Below are positions 1-8,573 of a stretch of 38,010 nt of DNA, piece after piece; within the stretch, counting starts at the first letter, position 1, and each line of letters starts with the position of its first letter. The translations under genes were made by a program, and so were the position numbers. Origin of the DNA: Minisyncoccota bacterium (GTDB taxonomy: Bacteria; Patescibacteriota; Minisyncoccia; Phycocordibacterales; UBA9973); contig JAQULK010000002.1 in NCBI GenBank assembly GCA_028718635.1, forward strand, positions 1 through 38,010, read 5' to 3'. The notes beneath the pieces are model-generated. The model saw only the letters and a list, made by a program, of their open reading frames with translations, was not told the origin of the DNA and made no database searches.

Positions 1-336
1 CTCTACAACCGCAAAACATTCATCTATGCTGTACACTTCTATGGTTCGACAGTACGACTGAAGAATCTGCTGCATTCGGCTGGAAATGTCTTGATATAGA
101 TCAAAGTGATGCGAGAGAATAGTCACTTCTGGAAAAAGTTTTTTAATTTGAAAAGTCGGCATTCCGCGGGTCACTCCGAGCTTTTTTGCCTCCGGGCTCA
201 TGGCCACGGCAATCCCGCGGTCTTCCCCCACGACCACTGGCTTGCCTCGAAGTTCCGGGCGCAAGGTAAGCTCACAGGCTACAAAGAAGGAATCTCCGTC
301 GGCATGCAGGAAAAGATTGTTCGGCTTATTTTTCAC
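1..336 (-). CDS. dinB: Y-family DNA polymerase (DinB/Pol IV-like), N-terminal part; the gene runs off the left edge
   Basis: Not in the ORF track (GTG start at 334-336, partial). Manual reverse translation gives VKNKPNNLFLHADGDSFFVACELTLRPELRGKPVVVGEDRGIAVAMSPEAKKLGVTRGMPTFQIKKLFPEV. This matches the conserved Y-family N-terminus (hHxDxDxFFxxxE ... GxPvvVg). Confidence 0.7.
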   Translation of the reverse strand, partial: MKNKPNNLFLHADGDSFFVACELTLRPELRGKPVVVGEDRGIAVAMSPEAKKLGVTRGMPTFQIKKLFPEVTILSHHFDLYQDISSRMQQILQSYCRTIEVYSIDECFAVVE

Positions 337-433
337 TTAGTAATTGTACACCAAACAACGAGACGGAAGAATAAAACCTTTTTGCAGTATGTATTTATCT
401 TATCTTTTCAAAAAATACTGATATAATATCTAT

Positions 434-2137
434 ATGAATTCAGAAAATAGAATATGCCAAAACTGTAAAGGTGAATTTACCATTGAGTCTGACGATTTCG
501 GATTTTACGAAAAGATAAAAGTACCACCACCGACTTTTTGTCCAGAGTGCAGATTGCAAAGGAGGCTGGCTTGGCGAAACGATCTAGCTTTCTATAATCG
601 CACGTGTGACCTATGCGGAGATAAAATAATCTCTCTTTATCACGCCGAAAAACCGCTCACTGTTTATTGCAACAAATGCTGGTGGAGCGATAAGTGGGAT
701 CCAAAAAGTTACGGCAAAGACATTGATTTTAGCCAGCCATTTTTTGAACAATATCGAGAACTGCAAAATAAAGTCCCCTTGCCTTCTTTGTTCAACGATG
801 ACGGCATAGGCAGTGTAAATTGCGAATATACTGAAAATGTCACTTTTGCTAAAAATTGCTATATGGTTTCCATGTCTTGGTTTGCAGAAGATTGTATGTA
901 TGGATACAGCATCGGCGGTCCGGAAACGAGCGACGTGGTGGATAGCTTGGGTATTTTCCATTACTCTCATGTTATCTACGAAGGGATTTTTCTAGAACAT
1001 TGTTACAATTGCAGGAATTGCTATTATTCCTCGAGCTTGGTGGACTGCACTTTCTGTTATGACTGCAAGGGTTGCTCTGATTGTTTTATGTGCGCGAATT
1101 TGCGTCAGAAAAAATATTGCATCTTAAACAAGCAATACACCAAAGAAGAATACGAAAGAATATTTAAAAGCTATCGATTAGACACTTATTCCGGAATAGA
1201 AAAAACAAAAAAAGAATTTATGGAATTTCTTGCAAAACAGCCTAGGAGATTTGCTAATATTCTTAATTGCGTAGCATCCACTGGACAAGGATTGATCAAC
1301 AGCAAAAATGCAAAAGACGTCTTTTGGTGCCGTTCCGTAGAAGATTCTAGATTTATTTGGAGAAGCAATGAAATTAAAGAAAGCTATGATTTGACGCCGG
1401 CTGGCAAAAGTCTCGAGTGTTACGAAGGGTTGACTCCGGATCATGATTTTCAAGTTTTGTTTTCGATTTATTCTTTAAAAAGCCAAGAATTGAGCTATGT
1501 GGAAAATTGCCATTCATCAAAACATCTTTTTGGCTGTTCTGCTATTCGACACGGCCAATATTGCATTTTGAATAAAAAATACAGCAAAGAGGAATATTTT
1601 AAATTGAGAGATAAACTTATAAAACATATAAAAGAGACTAGAGAATACGGGGAATTCTTTCCGAGCGGACTTTCTCATTTCGGTTACAACGAAACAATGG
1701 CGCAAGAACACTTTCCTCTCACTAAAGAAGAAGCGGTAAAAAAAGGATTCAAATGGTGGGACAAAACGCAAAAAACTTCCGGCAAAGAAACAATCCAACT
1801 AGAACAAATTCCGGATTCTATTTCAGATGTGTCAGAAAGTATTTTAGATGAAATTCTTTTATGTATTGAATGCGAAAGAAATTATAAAATAGTGCAGAAT
1901 GAATTATCTTTTTATAAAAAATATTCTATCCCCATTCCTCGTAAATGTTTTTATTGTCGAAATAGCGAACGTTTTAAATTTGAAAATCCTTTAAAGCTCT
2001 GGCATAGGACTTGCATGTGCGATAAAACCAACCATAATCATCAAGACAAATGCTCCGTAGAATTTGAGACCAGTTATGCACCAGAGAGACCAGAGATTAT
2101 CTATTGCGAGAAATGCTATCAGCAGGAGGTGTATTGA
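434..2137 (+). CDS. Cys-rich multi-zinc-ribbon protein, function unknown
   Basis: 567 aa ORF with many CxxC pairs. The N- and C-terminal modules are clearly related (CxxC..FxI..FYxK..PxPxxCxxCRxxxR...). The centre has repeated Cys blocks ending in YCILNK(Q/K)Y(T/S)KEEY. Confidence 0.6.
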   Translation: MNSENRICQNCKGEFTIESDDFGFYEKIKVPPPTFCPECRLQRRLAWRNDLAFYNRTCDLCGDKIISLYHAEKPLTVYCNKCWWSDKWDPKSYGKDIDFSQPFFEQYRELQNKVPLPSLFNDDGIGSVNCEYTENVTFAKNCYMVSMSWFAEDCMYGYSIGGPETSDVVDSLGIFHYSHVIYEGIFLEHCYNCRNCYYSSSLVDCTFCYDCKGCSDCFMCANLRQKKYCILNKQYTKEEYERIFKSYRLDTYSGIEKTKKEFMEFLAKQPRRFANILNCVASTGQGLINSKNAKDVFWCRSVEDSRFIWRSNEIKESYDLTPAGKSLECYEGLTPDHDFQVLFSIYSLKSQELSYVENCHSSKHLFGCSAIRHGQYCILNKKYSKEEYFKLRDKLIKHIKETREYGEFFPSGLSHFGYNETMAQEHFPLTKEEAVKKGFKWWDKTQKTSGKETIQLEQIPDSISDVSESILDEILLCIECERNYKIVQNELSFYKKYSIPIPRKCFYCRNSERFKFENPLKLWHRTCMCDKTNHNHQDKCSVEFETSYAPERPEIIYCEKCYQQEVY

Positions 2138-2138
2138 A

Positions 2139-2176
2139 TTGTCAAACATCGGGTGTTTGACAAGTGTTTGACAAAA
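2139..2176. terminator. Hairpin between convergent genes (TTGTCAAACA-tcggg-TGTTTGACAA), followed by a third direct copy of TGTTTGACAA
   Basis: Perfect 10-bp inverted repeat at 2139-2148 / 2154-2163, read directly. It lies between the stop of 434..2137 (+) and the stop of 2199..2777 (-). Confidence 0.45.
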
Positions 2177-2198
2177 CTAGAAAAAACAAGAAACCTTT

Positions 2199-2777
2199 CT
2201 AACTAGCATTCACATCAAAAAGCTCCTCTTTTGTGTTTTCCCAAGGGAAAATAGTTATTCCCTTCCGTAATCCTAACTTTTCAACTTCTTCAGGGGTTGC
2301 TCTGAATCTTTCATTGGTCATTGCTCCGTAAAAAACTTTTTCAACACCTTCTAATTCCTCAAAACCACCATAAACTTTTGTAAGGGTTGCAAGATAAATC
2401 TTAGCTTTAGGATATTTAGCTTTTATAGCCTTTACGGCTTCTTTGGCAACTGAACCAGAACTTGTATTCCCTTCTGCGAGAATTATATTCATATCTTCTG
2501 GCACATCGACTAAAATATCTGGGACTGAAATAATTTGAGTAATTTTAGTTGGGTAATATGAATATTTAAATTGTAAAGGGAGTAATGGAATAATCTTCAT
2601 TTTTATTGCTAAGGTGCTTCCCACTATTCCTCCCGTCCGGTGAAGCTGAGAAATTACGTGAACTTGTTTATTCTGTTCCTTGAAATATTTATTTATCTTT
2701 TCAATCAGAACATTGATTAAGTCATCGAATTCATTCCACGACATCGGATTTGCATCTTTTTCGGTATAGTTAGACAT
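2199..2777 (-). CDS. Phosphoribosyltransferase-family protein (Gpt/Hpt-like fold), divergent PRPP loop
   Basis: N-terminus SWNEFDDLINVLIEKI..., then HRTGGIVGSTLA, then an acidic/hydrophobic strand with loop NIILAEGNTSSGS in place of VDDxxDTGxT, and a C-terminal FPWE. Pattern resemblance only. Confidence 0.5.
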   Translation of the reverse strand: MSNYTEKDANPMSWNEFDDLINVLIEKINKYFKEQNKQVHVISQLHRTGGIVGSTLAIKMKIIPLLPLQFKYSYYPTKITQIISVPDILVDVPEDMNIILAEGNTSSGSVAKEAVKAIKAKYPKAKIYLATLTKVYGGFEELEGVEKVFYGAMTNERFRATPEEVEKLGLRKGITIFPWENTKEELFDVNAS

Positions 2778-2905
2778 GGGTTTATTATATCAAAACAAAA
2801 GTAAATTGGAATTTAAGGCTCAAAATAGAATCTTAATGAAGAATTCATAATTCTCGAGTATCATTATTTAGTCGAAATTAGTAGTTTTAATTAAATTAAA
2901 ATATT

Positions 2906-3157
2906 ATGATGTATGGATATTATGGTAATTGGGGCGGTCATATTTTGGGCGGGTTAATTATGTTTCTCTTTTGGATTGTTGTTATTGCCTTTATTATTTG
3001 GCTCATTCGAGGAGGCAAATCGCACTTTCATCATGGATGTGGGCATATGGATAGAAATAAAGATGCTATAGACATTCTAAAAGAAAGATACGCCAAAGGT
3101 GAAATCAACAAAGAAGAATTTGAGACCAAAAAGAAGGATCTGAGCAGTCAAAACTAG
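2906..3157 (+). CDS. Small membrane protein with C-terminal SHOCT domain
   Basis: One TM helix (LGGLIMFLFWIVVIAFIIWLI) followed by ILKERYAKGEINKEEFETKKKDL, the typical SHOCT signature. Confidence 0.7.
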   Translation: MMYGYYGNWGGHILGGLIMFLFWIVVIAFIIWLIRGGKSHFHHGCGHMDRNKDAIDILKERYAKGEINKEEFETKKKDLSSQN

Positions 3158-3180
3158 GGCGGAGGCGTTGCCTCCGCCCT
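3156..3180. terminator. GC-rich hairpin terminator between convergent genes (mainly serves pyrG)
   Basis: GGGCGGAGG-cgttg-CCTCCGCCC, a 9-10 bp stem. On the minus strand it is followed by TAGTTTTGA. Confidence 0.6.
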
Positions 3181-3187
3181 AATGTTC

Positions 3188-4840
3188 TTATTTCTTCTTA
3201 TTTATACTTGCTTTTATGAAAGCTGAAAAAAGAGGGTGCGGGGCAAGCGGGCGGGATTTGAACTCGGGATGAAATTGAGTGCCGAGATAAAATGGATGAT
3301 CTTTTTTGGAAAGTTCGGCTATTTCCATCAAAACTCCATCTGGAGATCTGCCAGAAAATACCAAACCGGCTTTCTCCAAATCTGCGACATATTTCGGATT
3401 AACTTCATATCGATGTCGATGACGTTCAGAAATTTTGGAAGTTTTGTAAGATTGAAATGCAATGGTGTCCTTGGCTAGAACACAATCATAAGCGCCTAGG
3501 CGCATACTGCCCCCGTAATTTTTATTCTTTATTTTTTCCACTTGATCAGCCATCGTGGCGATAACCGGATGCGAAGTGTTTGGATTCATTTCAGTCGAAT
3601 TCGCATCATGCAGTTTTAAAACATTGCGAGCATAGGAAATCGTTAAAATTTGCACACCTAGGCATAAACCAAAATATGGAATCTTTTTTCTGCGAGCATA
3701 ATCTGCCGCTAAAATCATGCCTTCTACTCCTCTATTACCAAATCCTCCTGGGACTATAATGCCGTCCAAATCATCAAGTTCGCTTAATAATTTAGGATTC
3801 TTTTCATATTTTTCTGAATCAAGCCAGATAACGTCCGGCTTGAAACCGAAGGACCAAGCAGCATGATTTATCGACTCAATTACTGAAATGTAGGTATCTT
3901 TGCAAGATTTAAAATTGAAATATTTTCCCACAATTCCGATACGTACTTCTTTTTTTATTTTTTTAATCTTATTTGCAAAAGCAGTCCAATCAGCCAAATC
4001 CTGATTTCGTGGCTTGAGCCCAATGGCTTTTAGTAAAGTATTGCCAAAATTTTCTTTTTCAAAATTAACCGGCACATCATAGATAGAATAAACATCCGGC
4101 GCCGAGATTATCCTCTCTATCGGCAAACTGCACACGTTGCTGATAGTTTGCTTGATGTCCAAGGTGGCAGGCTGGTCAGCTCGACAAATCACAAAATCAG
4201 GATTTAAGCCCATAGAATGAAGATCATTGATAGCGCGCTGAGTAGGTTTTGATTTTTGTTCGCCTAGGAGTGTCGGTGTCGGTAAATAACTTATTAAAAC
4301 AACAAAAACATCTGAGGGGGTTTTTGATTTCATCATGCGAGTCGCTTCGAGAAATGGAAATAATTGATATTCCCCCACTGTGCCTCCATATTCTATGATG
4401 GTAATCTCAGATTTATTCTTTTCCTGACAAGCTTCTATTCGCCTGATTATTTCCTTTGGGATATCTGGATAAACTTCGACATCCTCCCCTCCGTATTCTA
4501 GATTGCGTTCTCTCTTTATAACCTCTCTATACACTTGCCCAGTAGTAACATAATCTACACGGGTACTGATTTGGTTTGTGTAGCGTTCATAATTGCCGAG
4601 ATCTTGATCAGCCTCTATGCCGTCTTCGCCGACAAAGACTTCCCCATGCTCAGCCGGACGAATCGTCCCCGCATCTATATTGACATACATGTCCGCTTTC
4701 ATATTTGCCACTTTGTAACCGCGAGACTGCAAGATTTTTCCGATAGAAGCGGCAGCGATCCCTTTTCCCACTGAAGACATAACACCTCCCACTACGAAAA
4801 TATATTTTTTTTCTTTTTTTTGCATCCCGTTAGAAGTCAT
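3188..4840 (-). CDS. pyrG: CTP synthase
   Basis: KYIFVVGGVMSSVGKG P-loop start, a C-terminal glutamine amidotransferase domain (GLCLGVQ, HRHRYEVN), 550 aa. Confidence 0.95.
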   Translation of the reverse strand: MTSNGMQKKEKKYIFVVGGVMSSVGKGIAAASIGKILQSRGYKVANMKADMYVNIDAGTIRPAEHGEVFVGEDGIEADQDLGNYERYTNQISTRVDYVTTGQVYREVIKRERNLEYGGEDVEVYPDIPKEIIRRIEACQEKNKSEITIIEYGGTVGEYQLFPFLEATRMMKSKTPSDVFVVLISYLPTPTLLGEQKSKPTQRAINDLHSMGLNPDFVICRADQPATLDIKQTISNVCSLPIERIISAPDVYSIYDVPVNFEKENFGNTLLKAIGLKPRNQDLADWTAFANKIKKIKKEVRIGIVGKYFNFKSCKDTYISVIESINHAAWSFGFKPDVIWLDSEKYEKNPKLLSELDDLDGIIVPGGFGNRGVEGMILAADYARRKKIPYFGLCLGVQILTISYARNVLKLHDANSTEMNPNTSHPVIATMADQVEKIKNKNYGGSMRLGAYDCVLAKDTIAFQSYKTSKISERHRHRYEVNPKYVADLEKAGLVFSGRSPDGVLMEIAELSKKDHPFYLGTQFHPEFKSRPLAPHPLFSAFIKASINKKK

Positions 4841-4931
4841 ACTAATTTTATTAAATTTAAAATAATATTAAGTAACTTAAATTAATTCTTATAATATACC
4901 ATGAAATTTGACTTCTAACGGGATGCATCAT

Positions 4932-5855
4932 TTATTTATTCAAATATTTTCTGACAGCTAAGAAGCTAGAAATAATACCCAAACCTACGCCTGATAATAA
5001 AAGGATAATGAAAATTTGAAGAATGCTTGAGAGATAATAATCATACATATTGATTCCAAGAAAATCTGTCATATTGTGTCCGAGCCAGGCTGACACTGGC
5101 CAAAAAAGAATAAGGGTGAATAGAGTCGCAATGATGCCGTAGATCGCGCCTTCTATCATAAAAGGCCCGCGCACATGCATCTTGGAAGCGCCGACCAGGC
5201 GCATCACGCCTATTTCTTCTTTGGAAATAAAAATCGTCAAGCGAATCGTATTATAAGTAATAATGATAGAAATAATCACAAAAAGCAGGGTTACCAGAAG
5301 TCCGAGCTTTTGCGCGCCAGAGATTATGTTGTCTAATTTAGATATAACTTCTTTGTTGTTATAATAATTCGTATGATCTATTATAGAAATTGGGCCTGAC
5401 ACTAACGCATTGTCTGATTTCAAAAAATTTGCAATCGATTCGTATTGAGAAATTTCTTTTGCTTTAATGCCGAGAGTCGCTAAAAGCGGATTGCTACCTA
5501 TCTCGTCCAAGGCTTGAATGGTCGGGTAGTCATTTGAGTGGCGAAGGCGGAAATTCTTTAAATTGTCAGCAGCGCTTGTATAAAAAACTTGGGATACTTC
5601 TGGTAATTTTTCCAATGAAGATTTTAAGCGCATAATATTACTCTCCGACGCGCTTTCGGTAAAATAAATAGTGACATCCACTTTGTCTTTGATTTGGTTA
5701 AGAGAAAAATGTAAAACTGCCTGCAAAAAAATAATAAGCGTAATGACTGAAAGGGTAATCGTAACTACCAGAACCGCTGCCCAAGAAACAAGCCCACTTC
5801 TTTTAAAGTTTAAAAATCCATTTTTTATAATTCTTTTAAATGCGACTATTCTCAT
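4932..5855 (-). CDS. ftsX: Cell division permease FtsX
   Basis: 307 aa with N-terminal TM, periplasmic domain and 3 C-terminal TM helices. It lies directly downstream of ftsE. Confidence 0.85.
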   Translation of the reverse strand: MRIVAFKRIIKNGFLNFKRSGLVSWAAVLVVTITLSVITLIIFLQAVLHFSLNQIKDKVDVTIYFTESASESNIMRLKSSLEKLPEVSQVFYTSAADNLKNFRLRHSNDYPTIQALDEIGSNPLLATLGIKAKEISQYESIANFLKSDNALVSGPISIIDHTNYYNNKEVISKLDNIISGAQKLGLLVTLLFVIISIIITYNTIRLTIFISKEEIGVMRLVGASKMHVRGPFMIEGAIYGIIATLFTLILFWPVSAWLGHNMTDFLGINMYDYYLSSILQIFIILLLSGVGLGIISSFLAVRKYLNK

Positions 5856-5890
5856 AAATTTAAAAATTATTCTAGAACGATTATATCATA

Positions 5891-6559
5891 TTATTTCTTA
5901 TGCTTAGTATCCCTTATAATTTTCCCATTTTCCATAGTAATTACTCTTTTTCCAAGGGATTCAATAATTCCGTAATTGTGAGTAGTCAATATTACAGTCG
6001 TGCCGAGATCATTTATCTTTTTTAAAATCTGCACTATCTCATGCGTGTTCACTGGGTCTAAATTCCCCGTCGGCTCATCAGCGATGATGAGCTCTGGTTG
6101 ATTTATGATTGCCCTCGCGATAGCCAAGCGTTGCTGTTCCCCACCGGACATTTGATCTGGGAAATGAAAAACTCTATGGCTTAGATCAACAAGCTCTAAA
6201 ACATGCGGAACGTCGCTCGCTATCTCTTCTTCAGTTTTACCGACGGCCTCCATAGCAAAAGCGATATTTTCATAAGCAGTTTTGTTGGAAAGCAGTTTGT
6301 AGTCTTGAAACACCATGCCGATACGGCGGCGAAGCCTGGTCAAATCTCTCCTTTTTATCTGGTTCACATTTAATGACTCAAAAAAGACCGTGCCCATAGA
6401 AGGCTTTTCTTCCGCTAAAATCATTTTTGCTAAAGTAGTTTTACCGGCGCCGGAATGTCCGACAATGGACACAAATTCTCCTGTTTCTACCGTAAAAGTG
6501 ACATCATCGAGTGCAGCCAAATCCTTGTAAATTTTTGAAACATTATTAAAGTAAATCAT
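5891..6559 (-). CDS. ftsE: Cell division ATP-binding protein FtsE (ABC ATPase)
   Basis: Walker A GHSGAGKTT, signature MSGGEQQR, Walker B LIIADEPT. I place the start at the internal ATG (6559, MIYFNNVSKIY). The 10-codon extension in the track is encoded by a repeat arm. Confidence 0.9.
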   Translation of the reverse strand: MIYFNNVSKIYKDLAALDDVTFTVETGEFVSIVGHSGAGKTTLAKMILAEEKPSMGTVFFESLNVNQIKRRDLTRLRRRIGMVFQDYKLLSNKTAYENIAFAMEAVGKTEEEIASDVPHVLELVDLSHRVFHFPDQMSGGEQQRLAIARAIINQPELIIADEPTGNLDPVNTHEIVQILKKINDLGTTVILTTHNYGIIESLGKRVITMENGKIIRDTKHKK

Positions 6560-6669
6560 CCCGTTACGAAATAAACGCGGACACCACAATGATGCGCCTT
6601 ATCTTCATTATTAATAAAATTTGTTGTTAAAAATATTTTTGTCATATGTGTCCGCGATTTCGTACGGGA

Positions 6670-6930
6670 TTATCCCGTACAGAACAGGAAGCGCTTTAAC
6701 CTTTGTTTTAAATAAAGTTTGCCCCTTCCCGACTTTAGATACAATTCGCGGTTTCTTGCATCACTCTCATTTAAACACGCTTCATAATATATTATTTCAA
6801 AGGGGCCTCGTCCTTTAGTATACGAAGATTTACCCTCAGAATGTTCTTTAAAGCGCTTCCGCAAATTATTTGTGTAACCCGTATAAAAATTACCACTTTT
6901 CTTACTTTTTAATATGTAAGTATAAAACAT
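6670..6930 (-). CDS. GIY-YIG nuclease superfamily small protein (UPF0213/YhbQ-like)
   Basis: MFYTYILKSKKSGNFYTGYTNNLRKRFKEH...: GIY-(x10)-YTG, R, E motifs; 86 aa. Confidence 0.85.
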   Translation of the reverse strand: MFYTYILKSKKSGNFYTGYTNNLRKRFKEHSEGKSSYTKGRGPFEIIYYEACLNESDARNRELYLKSGRGKLYLKQRLKRFLFCTG

Positions 6931-6974
6931 AGTAAGTTCTGTTCGGGAGCACCTTTTTATTCTATCACAAATTT

Positions 6975-7313
6975 CTATTCAAACAAAACAGAAACTCTCC
7001 CTAGAATTTCGTTTATTTCCAATAGGCTTACCCTGCCTGTTATTTTCTTTATTCTCTCTTGTATATCAAAAGATCTTACCTGATCAGCTAAAACAAAAGA
7101 CTTTTCTTTGGGCCCTTTTATGGCAACTTCAAAAAAATAACCCTTGCGCTTGCTGGTCATAGGACAAACTAGCGCCAAACCAGAAAAAGAATTGTATTCA
7201 TCAGAAGAAATCACCACCGCTGGACGCAACCCTGATTGTTCATGACCTTTAGTCGGGCTAAAATCAATCCAAACAATGTCACCTCTCTTTGGAATTACTG
7301 GATTTTTTACCAT
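6975..7313 (-). CDS. mazF: Type II toxin, MazF/PemK family endoribonuclease
   Basis: PKRGDIVWIDFSPTKGHEQSGLRPAVVIS...CPMTS is the PemK/MazF signature. It overlaps the upstream antitoxin by 7 nt. Confidence 0.85.
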   Translation of the reverse strand: MVKNPVIPKRGDIVWIDFSPTKGHEQSGLRPAVVISSDEYNSFSGLALVCPMTSKRKGYFFEVAIKGPKEKSFVLADQVRSFDIQERIKKITGRVSLLEINEILGRVSVLFE

Positions 7314-7549
7314 ATTTCTTTACCTCTAGACTTGTCGTTCAGCCACAGAGATTTATGCAAGCTTTTCTTCGTCATCCCTTTTAGCATTTGTTCTACAGTA
7401 TATTTAGGGCGGCTAGAAGTAATAATCATCTTATTTCCTAATTGCTGAAAACCCACCACGGCTCCCTCTGACCAATTTAGATTTTTGGCAAATTCATTGG
7501 GTATTCGCACCGCCAAACTATTTCCCCATTTTTGTATTTTAGTTGTCAT
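7307..7549 (-). CDS. mazE: Type II antitoxin, MazE/AbrB (SpoVT) family
   Basis: MTTKIQKWGNSLAVRIPNEFAKNL is the swapped-hairpin AbrB/MazE motif. 80 aa, immediately upstream of mazF. Confidence 0.8.
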   Translation of the reverse strand: MTTKIQKWGNSLAVRIPNEFAKNLNWSEGAVVGFQQLGNKMIITSSRPKYTVEQMLKGMTKKSLHKSLWLNDKSRGKEIW

Positions 7550-7607
7550 ATTCTAAGTATATACAATGTATCTACACTGTCAAGTTTACAAATTCTTCTC
7601 TGCCTCA

Positions 7608-7680
7608 ATCCCGAACGAAGCAGGTCGCCCCAAGGTGACCGTAGCACTCGCTTGTTAGCGAGGGCGGCTTCGTTCGGGAT
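7608..7680. repeat. 73-nt GC-rich nested palindromic element overlapping the 3' end of prfB
   Basis: A 14-bp outer stem ATCCCGAACGAAGC (7608-7621) / GCTTCGTTCGGGAT (7667-7680) encloses two inner hairpins (GGTCGCC-ccaa-GGTGACC and CTCGCT-tgtt-AGCGAG). Read directly. Confidence 0.7.
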
Positions 7681-8572
7681 CAACGAAAATGTCCAAATCT
7701 CCATTTAAAACCGCATCTACATTGGAGGTCTCAACCCCAGTTCTGTGGTCTTTGACCATTTTATAAGGATGAAGCACATAAGAACGGATCTGATTTCCCC
7801 ATTCTATTTCAGTATTTTTGGTGGATTTCAGGCTTTCTTCCATAGTTCTCTTGTCTTCCTGCGCTTTTTTGAAAATTTTGGCCAAAAGGATAGCCATCGC
7901 TCGCTCGCGATTTTGTTCTTGAGAACGCTCATTTGAAGCGTGTACGGCTATCCCTGTCGGAACATGCACTAAACGAACCGCGGTTTCTCTTTTATTCACA
8001 TTCTGCCCCCCAGGACCGCCGGAGCGGGAGTATTCTATCTTTAGGTCAGCCGGCGGTATAACAAAATCTTTTTCTTCAAGTTTAGAAAATTTAGGCAAAA
8101 CTTCTACCATGGAAAAAGAAGTGTGCCGTAATTTTTTTGAGTCAAAGGGTGAAATTCGCACCAGGCGGTGCACCCCGCTTTCATTCTTTAATGCTCCATA
8201 GGGACCAACCCCTCCCAACCTCCCCTTATCATGGGAGGAGATTTCAAAAGAAACATTCCTATATCCATTATCATTGTTTTTATTTTCATGAATAAAAAAA
8301 ACTTTCCAACCGCGCTTGTCGGCATACTTGATATACATGGACAAAAGCATCGCAGAGAAATCTTCTGCGTCATCCCCGCCAGCGCCGGAGATGATCGTGA
8401 TCACAGCATTGCCTTTGTCGTATTTGCCGACTCCTTCTTTTTTTTCTTTCAGTTCCGCTAATTTTTTCAAAGTCGCCTGCGCTTTGTTTTTGTCATTCCA
8501 AAAATCAAGGGCCTGCATCTCTGCTTCCAGTTTTTCTATTTCTTTTGTGATTTCATTTAAATCATTTTCCAT
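7655..8572 (-). CDS. prfB: Peptide chain release factor 2, short form without frameshift site
   Basis: SPF tripeptide (RISPFDS), GGQ motif ([10 protein letters not shown]), 305 aa, one uninterrupted frame. Confidence 0.9.
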   Translation of the reverse strand: MENDLNEITKEIEKLEAEMQALDFWNDKNKAQATLKKLAELKEKKEGVGKYDKGNAVITIISGAGGDDAEDFSAMLLSMYIKYADKRGWKVFFIHENKNNDNGYRNVSFEISSHDKGRLGGVGPYGALKNESGVHRLVRISPFDSKKLRHTSFSMVEVLPKFSKLEEKDFVIPPADLKIEYSRSGGPGGQNVNKRETAVRLVHVPTGIAVHASNERSQEQNRERAMAILLAKIFKKAQEDKRTMEESLKSTKNTEIEWGNQIRSYVLHPYKMVKDHRTGVETSNVDAVLNGDLDIFVDPERSRPR

Positions 8573-8573
8573 G

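Noticed and set aside
106-426. 106-aa ORF on the plus strand
   Set aside because: It lies antisense to a clear DinB-like N-terminus (1-336, minus strand) and has no recognisable motifs. Its higher GC simply reflects the dinB coding sequence.
6560-6589. N-terminal extensions of ftsE (MWCPRLFRNG), and likewise of folD (MAGGDLRENF, 30598-30627) and phzF (MHLRYSVDGCINIF, 23627-23668)
   Set aside because: Each extension is encoded by a repeat or palindrome arm, and an internal ATG gives the conserved family N-terminus. The shorter starts are preferred.
7655-8572. Alternative genetic code (UGA reassignment, as in some CPR lineages)
   Set aside because: An RF2 with SPF and GGQ motifs is present, and at least one confident gene (28715..29083) terminates with TGA. 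All long ORFs translate cleanly with the standard code.
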